Positions 1-12,102 are shown, counted from the first letter of the stretch. The stretch: 64,000 bases of DNA from Octopus vulgaris (GCA_951406725.2 OX597827.1:58404001-58468000), one strand, 5' to 3'. The notes: generated from the sequence alone by a model not told the origin. A program made the numbers and translations.

Positions 1-289
1 ATTTCCAATCAAATCAATCACTTGCTCACATGTCTTCTAAGAGTTTTTCGGGCTGTCTCACTGTTTATATTTCTTAATTTTTGTACTCTCGAACCGACTC
101 TAATAAACAAATTCTAAATAGCTATAGTCAACATTTTTTTTTTACAACGATTCTGTTTTGTTGTTTTCATAAAGTTATGGTAAGTTATACCTCGTGATCT
201 TTTTTTTCCTTTTTGCCTTTACAAGTATTTCTATTTCCGTACTTGATAATTTCAACACTTCGTCTTATATATTATATACGCTTGTATTA

Positions 290-545
290 GTAGGGGCGTG
301 TCTCATTTATCCTCTAACCCAAGACACGGTTGCAATTTTTTTACGCATTAATCTTCTTTAAGACTTAAACAACAAATAAAACATTAAAACAGATAAATAA
401 CTGAAATAGGATCTTACATGTATGGTAGTAGTTTCTCTCATCAAAATTTTAAATAAACTTTAGAAGGTTCCGCCCGAAGTCTAAGACCTCCCCTCGTCTC
501 ACGTCATGAATGATAAATATTCTTATCCGCTTCTTCGTTCGCCCG
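290..545. promoter_or_regulatory. possible promoter-like segment
   Basis: Unique, relatively CpG-rich DNA with GGGGCGTGTC (293), TTCCGCCC (468) and CACGTCA (500) motifs. Motifs only, no transcript evidence. Confidence 0.2.
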
Positions 546-590
546 TTATACTTTAGTTAGTTGGAGAGATGTAGCAAAAGTGTATGTGTG

Positions 591-593
<3 letters not shown>

Positions 594-621
<28 letters not shown>
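594..621. repeat. (GA)n microsatellite in a purine-rich tract
   Basis: Direct inspection. Confidence 0.9.
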
Positions 622-624
<3 letters not shown>

Positions 625-1088
625 GGAAGGACAGTGAGTAGAGAGGGGAGGAGTGAGTTGAGAAAAAAAAGAAGTGAGGAAGAAGTAGAGAAAGATGTGT
701 ACGGTCAAATGCGTCAAGTGGTTATTTGACGGGAGAGGCGAAGAGCGAGAGGAAAAGAGACAAGAGGGAGAAAGAAAAGAAGGAGAGAGAAGTGTTAACG
801 ACATGATGTAAGGCGGGGAAAGAAAAGTAGAGAGAAAAAAGATATTCTTAGGATGCAATATTTAGCAGAGGATGATGTTCTGGTGGTGATGTTAAATAAA
901 GGTAGATTGAAAGAGATGGACAGGGGAGGCAGTTACATTAAGAGAGAGAGGGGGGGGAGAGGGAATGTGAGAATGAGTGAGAGAGCAGATAGCCAACCGA
1001 TGCATTATGCTGTCACTCATGTGGTTCGTGGAAGTGGGAGGTAAAAAGAAAGAGAGAAATGTTAAAGGCATGAAGAAGGGAATTACAT

Positions 1089-1491
1089 ACTCTTTTACTT
1101 GTTTCAGTCATTTGACTGCGGCCATGCCGGAGCACCGCCTGGTAGTCGACCAAATCGACCCCGAGACTTATTCTTTGTAAGCCTAGTACTTATTCCATCG
1201 GACTGTTTTGCCGAACCGCTAAGTTACGGGGATGTAATCACACCAGTATCGGTTGTAAAGTGATGTTGGGGGGGGGGACAAACACAGACACACAAACACA
1301 CACATATATATACATATACATATATACGACGGGCTTCTTTCAGTTTCCGTCTACCAAATCCATCCAGAAGGCTTTGGTGGGCCCGAGGCCTATAGTAGAA
1401 GACACTTTGCCCAGGGTGCCACTCAGTGGGACTGAACCCGGAGCTATGTGGTTGGTAAGCAAGCTACTTACCACACAGCCACTCTTGCGCC
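1089..1491 (-). mobile_element. tRNA-derived SINE family A, near full length
   Basis: The minus strand reads a tRNA-like head (TGGCTGTGTGGTAAG...GGTTCAGTCCC), a CTGGGCAAAGTGTC core, an internal (TG/TA)n and a GAAACAAGTAAAAGAG tail. More than 20 related copies occur in the window. Confidence 0.9.
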
Positions 1492-1710
1492 CATGGTTAA
1501 AAAGTTTGTTGAAGAGAAGAGAGAAAGAAATATAAAGTGCTTAGCAGAAGGAAATTTTAAAACTATAATATACTATTGTGACTGGAAAAAGATAAGAATG
1601 CAAATCATCCTTTCTTTTTTAAACAGCTTCTCTTAATCTTTTTCATTCTGTGGTATTTCCACGGGTCCCACTAGTATCTATAAGTATGTATATAGTTTGT
1701 TTGCATATAT

Positions 1711-1995
1711 AGGCGCAGGAACCATATGGTTCCGGGTTCAGTCCCACTTTGTGACACCTTGGGCAAGTGTCAGTGTCTTTGACTATAGCCTCGAGCCGAC
1801 CAAAGCCTTCTGAGCGGATTTGGTAGACGGAAACTGAAAGAAGCCCGTCGTGTATATGTATATATGTGTGTGTGTGTTTATGTGTTTGTGTTTATCCCCC
1901 AACATCGCTTGACAACCGATGTTAGTGTGTTTACGTCACCGTAAAGAGACCGAAGAATAAGTCCTGGGGTCGATTTGAGTATAAGAGTAAAAGAG
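1711..1995 (+). mobile_element. SINE family A, internally deleted
   Basis: Similar to 12103-12538. Confidence 0.85.
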
Positions 1996-2469
1996 TATAT
2001 GCATACGTACGTTGTATGTATATATATGCATATATGTGCGGCGCGCGCGCGTGCGTTATGTAATTTCAAATTCTTTAATGAAAAACTCCATAATTGATCA
2101 ACAACCCCCTCGCTACCCCCATCCTGCTGTCTAAAAGTGAAAGTGAACGGTTGTTTTGTCTGTTTCCGCATGCGTAGATTTATAGTGAAACAGCAAAAGG
2201 ATAACAGCATGAGAAGCTCTCACCACGAAACTCGATGTTTTTTTGCCCCATATTCTTAATCTTCGTATTTTTCCACGTAGATTGAAAAAAAAAAAAAAAA
2301 AAAAAAATTCGGAAAAAAAGTTAAAAATTTGGGGGTGAGGGGTGGAATTAAAAAGTTTGAAAACGTGGTTTTTTGCATATTCTGTATCTCCGTCATCAAT
2401 AACATAAGAATCCGGTAAAAGAAAAATTTTTGGTGACCGGGCGCTAAACTAGATCCTGAAAGTTATGAG

Positions 2470-2810
2470 GTTAAAAAACGGATCGTGTGAACTTTCCGAC
2501 AGTCCTCACACCCCACTTCGGAAAACATTTTCCTTACAAATTTCCTTATAATCGTAATCTAAGCTGTTTGAAAGGGGATTCTGTGAAATTTCACCAGAAG
2601 TTATCCGTTTTCTTGAAAGTTCTGAGGGGAAAAAAAACCGGATTGTGTGAATTTTCTGACAGTCCTCGGAAAAAAATGTCTTTATAATCATAATTTGTGC
2701 GATCAGAACGGTATTTCTATAAAATTTCTTCAATATTTTATCCATTTTCCTCAAAGTTATCAGGGGAAAATCGGATCTTGTGAATTTTCCGAAAGTTCCC
2801 ACCTCGCCAC
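2470..2810. repeat. four degenerate copies of a ~30-bp motif (GGAT..TGTGAA.TTT.C..AG), possibly DNA-transposon subterminal repeats
   Basis: Copies near 2475, 2575, 2634 and 2767. Confidence 0.45.
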
Positions 2811-3534
2811 GTGCGTTTGCGTAATTTTTTTTTTATCATATTCGTTTTCTACACAGTTTTTAACACCTAGCAGCCCCTTTTTTCTGTTTTCGTTAACGAG
2901 AGTCAATTTTTATATTAACCCAACTGCGTAGATTATATTTAGAGTTAAAATAATTCGCATAAGTCGAGCAATTTGATCTCAGTCGCCTCCATCACGGATG
3001 TACAAGCGTGGTATGTGTGGCTGTGTGTGAGTGAGTGAGTGTGTGTTTATATATATATGTATAAGTATGTGCGTGACTGGGTGTGTGTATAAAATAGCAC
3101 AAATACAAAGAATAAGAGTCAAATATTTGGACAATGTGAGCTATTACAAGAGACTGACAGAAATTCAGAATTTGGTGGACAAATGTAAACACACGCGCAC
3201 ACACACATACACACACACACACGCACGCACACACGCGCGCGCACACACACATACACACACACACACAAAAAAAAATTAACATAAAATCTTTACAATGAAC
3301 TGTTTGTCGAAAAACAAACAAACATCTGACGTTTCAGATGGATTTCTTATGAGAGTAGAATAAGAATGAAATAAAGAAAAAAAAACAAAAAACAAAAGGA
3401 AAAAGACACAAAAAGAGAAATAATGCCTGCTTAGAACAGTACGCGCGCACACACGCAGACACATACACACTCAAAAGTTAACATCAAATGTTGTCTACAG
3501 CGAATTTTATGCTGAAAAAACAAAAGGAAAAGTA

Positions 3535-3568
3535 AACGGACGTTTCGGTTGAATCCTTCATCAGAGTA
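3535..3568 (-). ncRNA. minimal hammerhead-like motif
   Basis: Minus strand CTGATGA-aggattcaacc-GAAAC-GTC with a poor stem I. A decayed tandem copy lies at ~3322-3358. Confidence 0.5.
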
Positions 3569-3820
3569 GAGTGAGAAAGAAATAAGCAAGAAAAAAAAAG
3601 GGAAAATAAATTATACTTGTTTAAAGCATTACGCGCGTGAGCACACACACACACACATAGACAGACAAACAGTCACTAAATCACACACACACACACACAC
3701 ACACAGATACACACATACAACACACACACTGACACATGACAATGGAACAGCCTGCTCGTGAAATTGACGTGAAAGTGGTTGAGCACTCCACGGAAATGCG
3801 TACCTTTAACATATCATCCG

Positions 3821-4318
3821 TGTTGGGGGACGGTAGAGAAAGGCGCCGTCGAGATTAAGGCGACGGAGGTGGAGAACGGTGGCGGTTGAGATGATGGCGT
3901 CGGCGCTGCTGGAGCAGGAACATGGTTGGGTTGCTGGAACTAGCTGGTCAGGTCGTCGCTAGAACTGGAACTGGCTGAGTCGCTGGAACATGGTTCGGTT
4001 GCTCTGTGGTCAGAGGTTAGTCATGAGAAGGACTAGAACCCAAGACGAGAAATAGTGATTTGCTGGCGCCTTTTATAACAGAAGATGGGCTCCAGTGAGA
4101 ACCCAAAAAGACAGTGCCATGGGACCTTATTCGAAGGCCGTGATTGGTTGGCTTACACACTGGCGCGAAATAAGTCAGGAGACAAACTGTGCCAATGCCA
4201 ACCAATCAGAGCAGTGGACACAACAGGGTCCAAAATAGCCGAAGATGGCTGCTATTTAACACGAGATCACTTCTAATATATCTCCCAAACAGTGAGGATA
4301 TCACCCAAATACGCTACA
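3821..4318 (-). mobile_element. probable solo LTR
   Basis: A ~500-bp GC-richer block bounded by TGT...ACA, with minus-strand TATAAAAG at 4070-4077 and CCAAT boxes near 4142 and 4202. No clean TSD. Confidence 0.5.
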
Positions 4319-4336
4319 CATACATACATACATACA

Positions 4337-4368
<32 letters not shown>

Positions 4369-4512
4369 CGCGTTGTTTGTTTGGTTAGACAGTTACGAAA
4401 GTGACTCTAGAGCCGGGAGTTTCAAGTATGGCGACTATCAAATTGCTGGTTAAAAACTAATAATAGACACACTCCTGCATTAAGTTCTGTCTCTCATGTT
4501 GGCTCTATCAAA

Positions 4513-5136
4513 CAAGGGGCCGCTGAAAAGCTCCTGGCTTCGAGTAAAAGAAAATACAGGAGGATCTGTTAATTATGATTTTATTCAACACGAGCAAAAC
4601 GCCCCCAGGCCAATGGACGGTGCTGAGTTGTCAAACATTTAAACCAAATTTTCTCAAAACAACTTGTCCGACCGTCACGTTGGCCTCCCCTTTAAGAAAC
4701 ACTGATTTAACCTAAATTTGAGACACCAACAAAAGAAGAAATAAAGATAGAGTTTTTCTCGCGTACGTGTAGTATCGATCGCAACAGCTGATGTACTTGC
4801 GCGTACAAATGCACTTTCCCACAGCTTTATCGATTGCATTCTCACCTGGAATCGATTTTTATAATTTTTTTCAAGACTTATACACGCCCTGATACCGTCG
4901 GTATCTACATATCAAATTTGAGCGCAATCGGATGGAGGATGCCCGAGATCCTAGAAGACACACACACAGACAGACAGAATGGATTTTATATAATAGATAT
5001 TACCTTCTCAGATTCACACACTTATTGCGGCGGTCCTACAGTTTTTCTAAACCCTGTAAAAGAACTCGGAAAGTTGGGGCTTTAACCAGGCCTCTCGCCA
5101 GACCCTTAAAGCCAGGAACTTTTCGGTAACCCCTTG
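4513..5136. mobile_element. mariner-like MITE interrupted by a Helitron-like insertion
   Basis: TIRs CAAGGGGCCGCTGAAAAGCTCCTGGC and GCCAGGAACTTTTCGGTAACCCCTTG, with TA on the right flank. Confidence 0.7.
4591..4997 (-). mobile_element. non-autonomous Helitron-like element
   Basis: Inserted between A and T with no TSD. The minus strand starts TC(TATTATA) and ends CTCG (CTAG-like). Confidence 0.55.
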
Positions 5137-5429
5137 TATACTCGCATGTATACCGAATACATACATCTGCATGCGTGCATGCGTGCGAGTGTTTGTGTAT
5201 TATGCTTGTGTATGTCTAGCACGTACGTGCCTTGTTCCGAGAATCTCTGCTGAAATTGAAAACCTATTTTCGATATCTTGAAAAAAAAAAACAAGACTAT
5301 TCACTGTTGATTTATTTTTCGTGTCAACATTTTTGTCACCTGATCACTTGTATATCAACAAAGAAATGAATAATGTAAATAGTTGACTCGCTGTAATTGA
5401 TACACCCGCGCACGCACACACACACATAC

Positions 5430-5603
5430 ATGTATGTATGTATGTATGTATGTATGTATGTATGTATGTATGTATGTATGTATGTATGTATGTATGTATG
5501 TATGCATGTAAGTATGCATGTATGTATGTGTGTATTTTTGTATGTATGTATGCATGTAAGTATGCATGTATGTATGTATGTATCTATAAATATATATATA
5601 TAG

Positions 5604-5643
<40 letters not shown>

Positions 5644-5654
5644 GGGTGGATGGT

Positions 5655-5721
<67 letters not shown>

Positions 5722-5746
5722 GTAGGTAGGTAGGTAGGTAGGTAGG

Positions 5747-5809
<63 letters not shown>

Positions 5810-5854
5810 GTAGGTAGGTAGGTAGGTAGGTAGGTAGGTAGGGAGGTAGGTAGG

Positions 5855-5940
<86 letters not shown>

Positions 5941-5941
5941 T
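5430..5941. repeat. compound (TATG)n/(TAGA)n/(TAGG)n microsatellite
   Basis: Direct inspection. Confidence 0.95.
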
Positions 5942-5984
5942 ATGCATATACCTACGTGCGTCTGTCTGTATGTTTATGTATTTA

Positions 5985-6185
5985 TTCTTTTACTTGTTTC
6001 TGTCATTTGACTGCGGCCATCTCGGAGCACTGCCTTTAGTCGAACAAATCGACTCCAGGACTTATTCTTCGTAAGTCTAGTACTTACCCTATCAGTTAAT
6101 TTTTGCTGTACCGCTAAGTTACGGGGACGTCAACACACCAACATCGGTTGTCAAGCGATGTTAGGGGACACACGCAAACGCACAA
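5985..6185 (-). mobile_element. SINE family A, 3' half
   Basis: Similar to 1089-1290. Confidence 0.85.
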
Positions 6186-6190
6186 ATATA

Positions 6191-7077
6191 TCTACTACAT
6201 ATGTGGAAATCTATAGATGTATTTGTTTGTGGCGTTGTTATCTAACTCCTCCTACATCGTTTTATCGATTTTTATTAAACTTGACACGTGAGTAGAATTC
6301 ATGTTTGGAAAACTAGTGACATACTTAGATTGTTGAAAAAATCGATAATAGAGCCCCTTGAAGGGGTTATTATATCTGCTACATATAACTAATATTTTAT
6401 TTTTAAACATCCAAGGGAAATAACCCATTTGCTCCAGAAACAGATCCTTATATATAGTCAAGGGAAATAACCCATTCATTAGTTCGTATAAATCAAATTG
6501 AGTATGCTTATTTCTAAGTATTTGAACTGTTTGAGTTATTTTCGCAATTTATCCAGTACAACGCTTATACAAGTAAATAGTATTTTCCTAAACAATAGAT
6601 CCACTTATTTCGGTTAGTGACTTATTCACGAATATACCAACACTAGCACCGCTGAGGGTAATATTCTTTGCGAAAGCACAAAACCCTTTTCAGAGTTATT
6701 TACTTGGAATTGTTATTATCTCATATCTGATTGACCTGTTATTACGTAAAATGCTTCACGATTTTTGTATACATACCTTATTAGTATTTCCTCCTGTGTT
6801 CTATATACTCTGGGAACATATTAAGGCACTTTTGGGGGCTACTTTATTTGAATTCTTACTATCGGATAATTAATTTCATGTTACTATATAACTGACTTCA
6901 TAATTTAGGTATTCATAACTTATTGGGAATTCCTAAAAACACGATACTGTGTACGACAGTTCGGTATTCTCAATAAATGCACAAAAACCGCTTTAAGAGC
7001 TACATACTTTGTATTGTTATTGGATTAGTGAAACAATTATGAGAACGGAACCGGGAATTATCGAGTACGTCAGCTAG
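6191..7077 (+). mobile_element. non-autonomous Helitron-like element
   Basis: A|TC start and CTAG|T end preceded by a degenerate hairpin. A second copy lies inverted at 13795-14265. Confidence 0.65.
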
Positions 7078-7101
7078 TACATACATACATACATACATAC
7101 A

Positions 7102-7134
<33 letters not shown>

Positions 7135-7552
7135 GGCAGGTGGGCCCCTGCACCATTAGAGTCCATATATGGGGGGCCCATGTTAATATCTAAGTTTGAG
7201 AATTTTATATTCACTCCTTGAAGAATGCATTAATTATTTTAGTCTGGCTGTGTTTGTAGACAATTGAAAAGAATACTTAAAAATAACATAAAATAAAATA
7301 AATGATAGCTTTGTAGTTGCGGGTGGGCCCCCTTAGTCTTCTGGCAACCAATATTTTTAGACCCAGTCCGCCACAGTATTTATACATACACAGCGGGCTT
7401 CTTTCAGTTTCCGTCTACCAAATCCACTCACAAGGTTTTGGTTGGCCCGAGGCTATAGTAGAAGTGCCACGCAGTGTGACTGAAACCGGAACCACGTGGT
7501 TGGGAAGCAAGCTATGTGTACACATACATACATACATACATACATACATACA

Positions 7553-7631
<79 letters not shown>

Positions 7632-7639
7632 GATATATA

Positions 7640-7792
7640 ATTGTTAAAGAAGACAACAAACGTTAAGGCAAAACAAACATCTCAAGTCATATACGTTATT
7701 ATTATTGTAAGATTGGATTTTTTTCTATTATAATAACGTATATGATTGGAGATGTTTGTCTTGCCTTAACGTTTGTCGTCTTCTTTAACAAT
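7640..7792. repeat. palindrome with ~63-bp arms between (TA)n tracts
   Basis: 7640-7702 is the near-perfect reverse complement of 7730-7792. Confidence 0.9.
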
Positions 7793-7923
7793 ATATATAT
7801 ATATATATATATATGTTCATATGTAGTGGGTAGTGGTTTAATAAATTATGTGATTGGGTATTATCTGGTAGTTGATTATTGATTGTGTATTTCTCCATTT
7901 TCTTATTTTGTATTATATATATA

Positions 7924-8128
7924 TATACAATATGTTACATTACTCGGTAGTCAAGATAAAACTCTGAGTTTCAGATGCCGAAGTGGGTGTTGTGGATTTC
8001 CACTTCGGCATCTGAAACTCAGAGTTTTATCTTGACTACCGAATAATGTAACATATTGTATAGATAAATTTCCTCTATTTACATAATATTGAGGTCTCTT
8101 TCTTTCTTTTGTTATCTTACCGTTTTAT

Positions 8129-8131
<3 letters not shown>
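7924..8131. mobile_element. (TA)n-inserted element with asymmetric inverted duplication (PLE-like)
   Basis: Arms 7924-7986 and 8000-8062 plus an unpaired ~70-bp extension. A homologous copy lies at 41366-41497. Confidence 0.65.
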
Positions 8132-8196
<65 letters not shown>

Positions 8197-8328
8197 TGGC
8201 CTGCTCGCTTAGTCAGCGGGGTGGCCTCATTTGAAGGCTAAAACAATGTGAAGCGCATTGTGACCAGCGATGTGTAGCAACATCTGATAGCCTGGTCGGT
8301 CACGGTGATATATATATATTATATATAT

Positions 8329-8363
<35 letters not shown>

Positions 8364-8374
8364 GCATATATATA

Positions 8375-8409
<35 letters not shown>

Positions 8410-8647
8410 ATGTATGTATGTATGTATATCTGTCTATGGAATTCTCAGATTACTCAGTTTCAAGTATCATTGTCATAATTGACAGCAAGGTACATTAATA
8501 CATATAGAATGGCCTAAATTAGGTACACACTCTACAATTTATTTATATTTTAGTATGCTATTTTTTCTATTTCTTTTTTCTTCTCTTTTTTTTTTACTCA
8601 GAATAGTTAAAGATCGCATAAAAAATTCAATAGTTTCATAGTATGTA

Positions 8648-9897
8648 CAAGGTGATATCAAAAGGTTCCCGGACTAGTTATGTTTCATAAAAAATAATTT
8701 CTGTATTTAAGAGATAAGGAATTCTGTACATTATTTACATTATTTACATTCGACGGATATTTGTCCTCTTCTTGTTTGTAGTTAACCACTAGGCCATATG
8801 CCCACGGGCATATGGCGTAGTGGTTAAGAGCGCGGGCTACTAACCTCAAGATTCCGAGTTCGATTCCAAGCTGTGATCGAAACAACAACAGCAATAATAA
8901 AAACATCGAAAAATTCTTTAGGAATGAGAACGCAGGTTCGAAATTTTCCCAAAACACTTGATGAAGGCTAGAGAGTATATCAGCCGAAACGTGTTAACAA
9001 CAAACAAGATGAGGACAAATATCCGTCGAATGTAAATAATGTAAAAAATGTAAAAAAATAGCTTATTTACCCAAGTTTTAACATCATCTCCTGCGAAATA
9101 GTCACCTTGCACAGCAATACACCGGTTCCAGCATTCCTGACAATTTTGGCATTCGGCCTGGAAGCCGTTTTCCGTGAGTCGAGGACTTTCTGCGATTTGC
9201 TCTGGATCTCGACACCGGTGTTAAAACGGTTACCTTTGAGCTGCATTTTCATTTTAGAGAAGAGATGGAATTCTGCATGTGCTAAATATGGCGAATACAG
9301 TAGGTACGAAAGCGATGCCTTGTTATTTTTGGTGAGAAACTCACAAATGAAAAGAGCACGGTGAAGAAGCCAATTCCTCACGATCCACTGAACTGGTCCC
9401 TTTCGCCGAATGCCCTCCCTCAAACGCTTCAAAACGTCGCAGTAGAACTCTCGATTGACGGTCTGGCCCTAGGGGGAAAAAATACCACATTTCCGTGGGT
9501 GATGCCGCTTGTGGCAGGTCTTCGAGATCGCTCATCGTCTTCCAGGGACGTTCTTTTGCCTTTGAATCGTCCGTGCCACCGGAAACATTGCGTACAACTC
9601 ATTGCCTCGTCACCGTAAGCTTGCCGAAGCATGCTCAAAGTCTTTGTAGCGGACTTCCCAAGTTTAACGCAAAATTTCACGTTGGCTCTTTGTTCCCGTC
9701 CATGACAAAAATCGCAGACTACAACATACACTTGACCACAAATAACAAATTTCACAACTTGCGATGTAAACACAGCAATGTCACTCGGCGCACAGCTTCA
9801 TGAAGGTCACTGCCAGGCCTCACTGTGTACGCAACCGTGTGTTGCCATCTGTTGGCGCGCTACAGTACTAGTCTGGGAACGTTTTGATACCACAACG
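8648..9897 (-). mobile_element. defective mariner DNA transposon
   Basis: ~31-bp TIRs with TA flanks. Transposase fragments: EQRANVKFCVKLGKSATKT...EDDERSRRP (N-terminal HTH) and YSPYLAHAEFHLF (YSPDLAP-like). Internally deleted. Confidence 0.92.
8697..9050 (+). mobile_element. tRNA-headed element with hammerhead-like motif and head-to-head inverted copy, nested in the mariner
   Basis: tRNA-like head 8806-8875 (TGGCGTAGTGG A box, GAGTTCGATTC B box), HHR-like motif 8953-8995, inverted arm 8697-8803, and a possible TAAAAAATA duplication on both sides. Confidence 0.7.
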
Positions 9898-9975
9898 TAA
9901 TATATTTAATCTTGTAAATGTTTGAACTGGTTTTCATCGACTTTGCAACATTCCTCAGCCCTGTCCAGAACAATG

Positions 9976-10028
<53 letters not shown>

Positions 10029-10064
10029 GTACAATCCAAATTCCGTCATATTATTTTACTTATA

Positions 10065-10220
10065 CCGTAAATCCTCGAGTATAGTCCGCCCTTGAGTATA
10101 ATGCGCAGGGGATTTTTAGGAGGCTGTACCTCTGAAAAGCCTAAACCGGATGCATGGCCTGTATATGATAATCTAAAAGCCATGGGTTATCGCCATCTTA
10201 TGGTGAACCAACAAAATTAT
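10065..10220 (+). mobile_element. pogo/Tigger-like end adjoining a Merlin (IS1595-type) transposase fragment
   Basis: TA|CCGTAAATCCTCGAGTATA terminus. The peptide DAWPVYDNLKAMGYRHLMVNQQNY resembles the Merlin D.W..Y..L...GY.H..VNH motif. Confidence 0.5.
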
Positions 10221-10229
10221 TATTTATAT

Positions 10230-10475
10230 AGGCGTAGGAGTGGCTGCGTGGTAAGTAGCTTGCTTACCACCACATGGTTCTGGGTTCAGTCCCACTGCGT
10301 GGCACCTTGGGCAAGTGTCTTCTACTATAGCTTCGGGCCGACCAATGCCTTTTGAGTGGATTTGGTAGACAGAAACTGAAAGAAGCCCGTCGTATATATG
10401 TATATATATGTGTGTATGTGTGTGTATACGTTTGTGTGTCTGTGTCTCCCCCCCCCCCAACATCGCTTGACAACC
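10230..10475 (+). mobile_element. SINE family A, 5' portion
   Basis: Similar to 12103-12375. Confidence 0.88.
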
Positions 10476-11216
10476 ATCATCATCATCATCATGTATCGTA
10501 CACCCGCAGCGCATTGATGACACTACAAAGAAAAATCTTGCGATTAAGCGCCAGTTCTCCAGCTGCATTTGCCACTCCTGTCTAACCAGCTTCTGATATT
10601 CTCCAACCACTGCGTTCTTCACCAGCCTCTTGATTTACAACCCGTCCACACTGCCTTCCGTGATAATGTTTTCCAGACTTGTTAAAGGCCCATCTCTTTA
10701 ACACTGATCTTGTTACAACGTTTCGTATCCGAGTTACAAAATCAGTACTAGCTATATTTTCAGTAAAAAATCTAGAGATAACCATAACGAGTGATTTAGG
10801 AGCGGTACTTATACAGTACAACACAGTATTGGCTTATAAAAGCGCTTAATATACTTTGTAATAAATTATGGTTGTTCCTACAGGTCATTAATGTTTTCCA
10901 GACGTCTGCTTCTTCGAATATGGCCATAAATAAGCTCTTTTTTCTTTCTTTTTTTTTTACACAACGTATAGCAGATTTTTGCAAATATTTCCTTTTTTAC
11001 AGTTTAGGAACAAACGTGTGTACATTCGTTTATCATTTTCTCTTTTGGGTGGAAATAAATCTTTCTCCATCATATCGTTGATAAAATAGCTGAATACTTC
11101 ACAACGCCAGCGTTGATATCTGCTCAAATGTTTGAAAAATGGAGGAAATGGGGAAAGCAGTTCACTATGACGTCATAATTGAAATATAAAATTTTTTTGA
11201 CAGGAAAAAGTACTAT

Positions 11217-11520
<304 letters not shown>

Positions 11521-12102
11521 TGGCTTGAGTGGTTCGATAGGAACCGACGAAGTTTTAATAAGTGAAATGAAAGCAAAACATTATGGACAAAGAAATTTGT
11601 AAGAAGTTCTGAAATTTTAATGAGCTTCAATGAATAACGTCATGTGAAACGGTTGAACAGGCATTTAAATAATTTGAAAAGGAAAAAGTCCTCAACGAAA
11701 TTATTTTGCGAAAAATTACAAAACAAAAAATTTTAAAAACTGGACGGTAGAGATAGGGTTAGAGTTAAGGTTAAGGGTTAGAGTAATGATTAGAGTTTAG
11801 GATTTGACTCATCGTCAAAGAAAATACATAGACTAAAAGAAAATGTGTGGTGGTGATGATAGTTCGGGCAGCAGACAGCAGGAAATGGACACCAATGAGC
11901 GATTTATCGTCATGTGTGTAATAGTAGCTTTTGACTGGTTAAATTTACCCAACATTCTCAAAAAATTAAAAGCTTATTAACTCCTATTTATTAATTTATG
12001 GCAAAAATAAACGTTATTTTCATAATTAGCATACAAAATTAAATCGGTACACCAACTTTAAAAGAAATTACAACAAAATTTTTTAAAAAGTAGAAAACTA
12101 AG

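Noticed and set aside
7560-8340. CRISPR-like repeat/spacer array
   Set aside because: The separators are variable (TA)n tracts, the spacers are dispersed repeats, the context is eukaryotic, and no cas genes are present.
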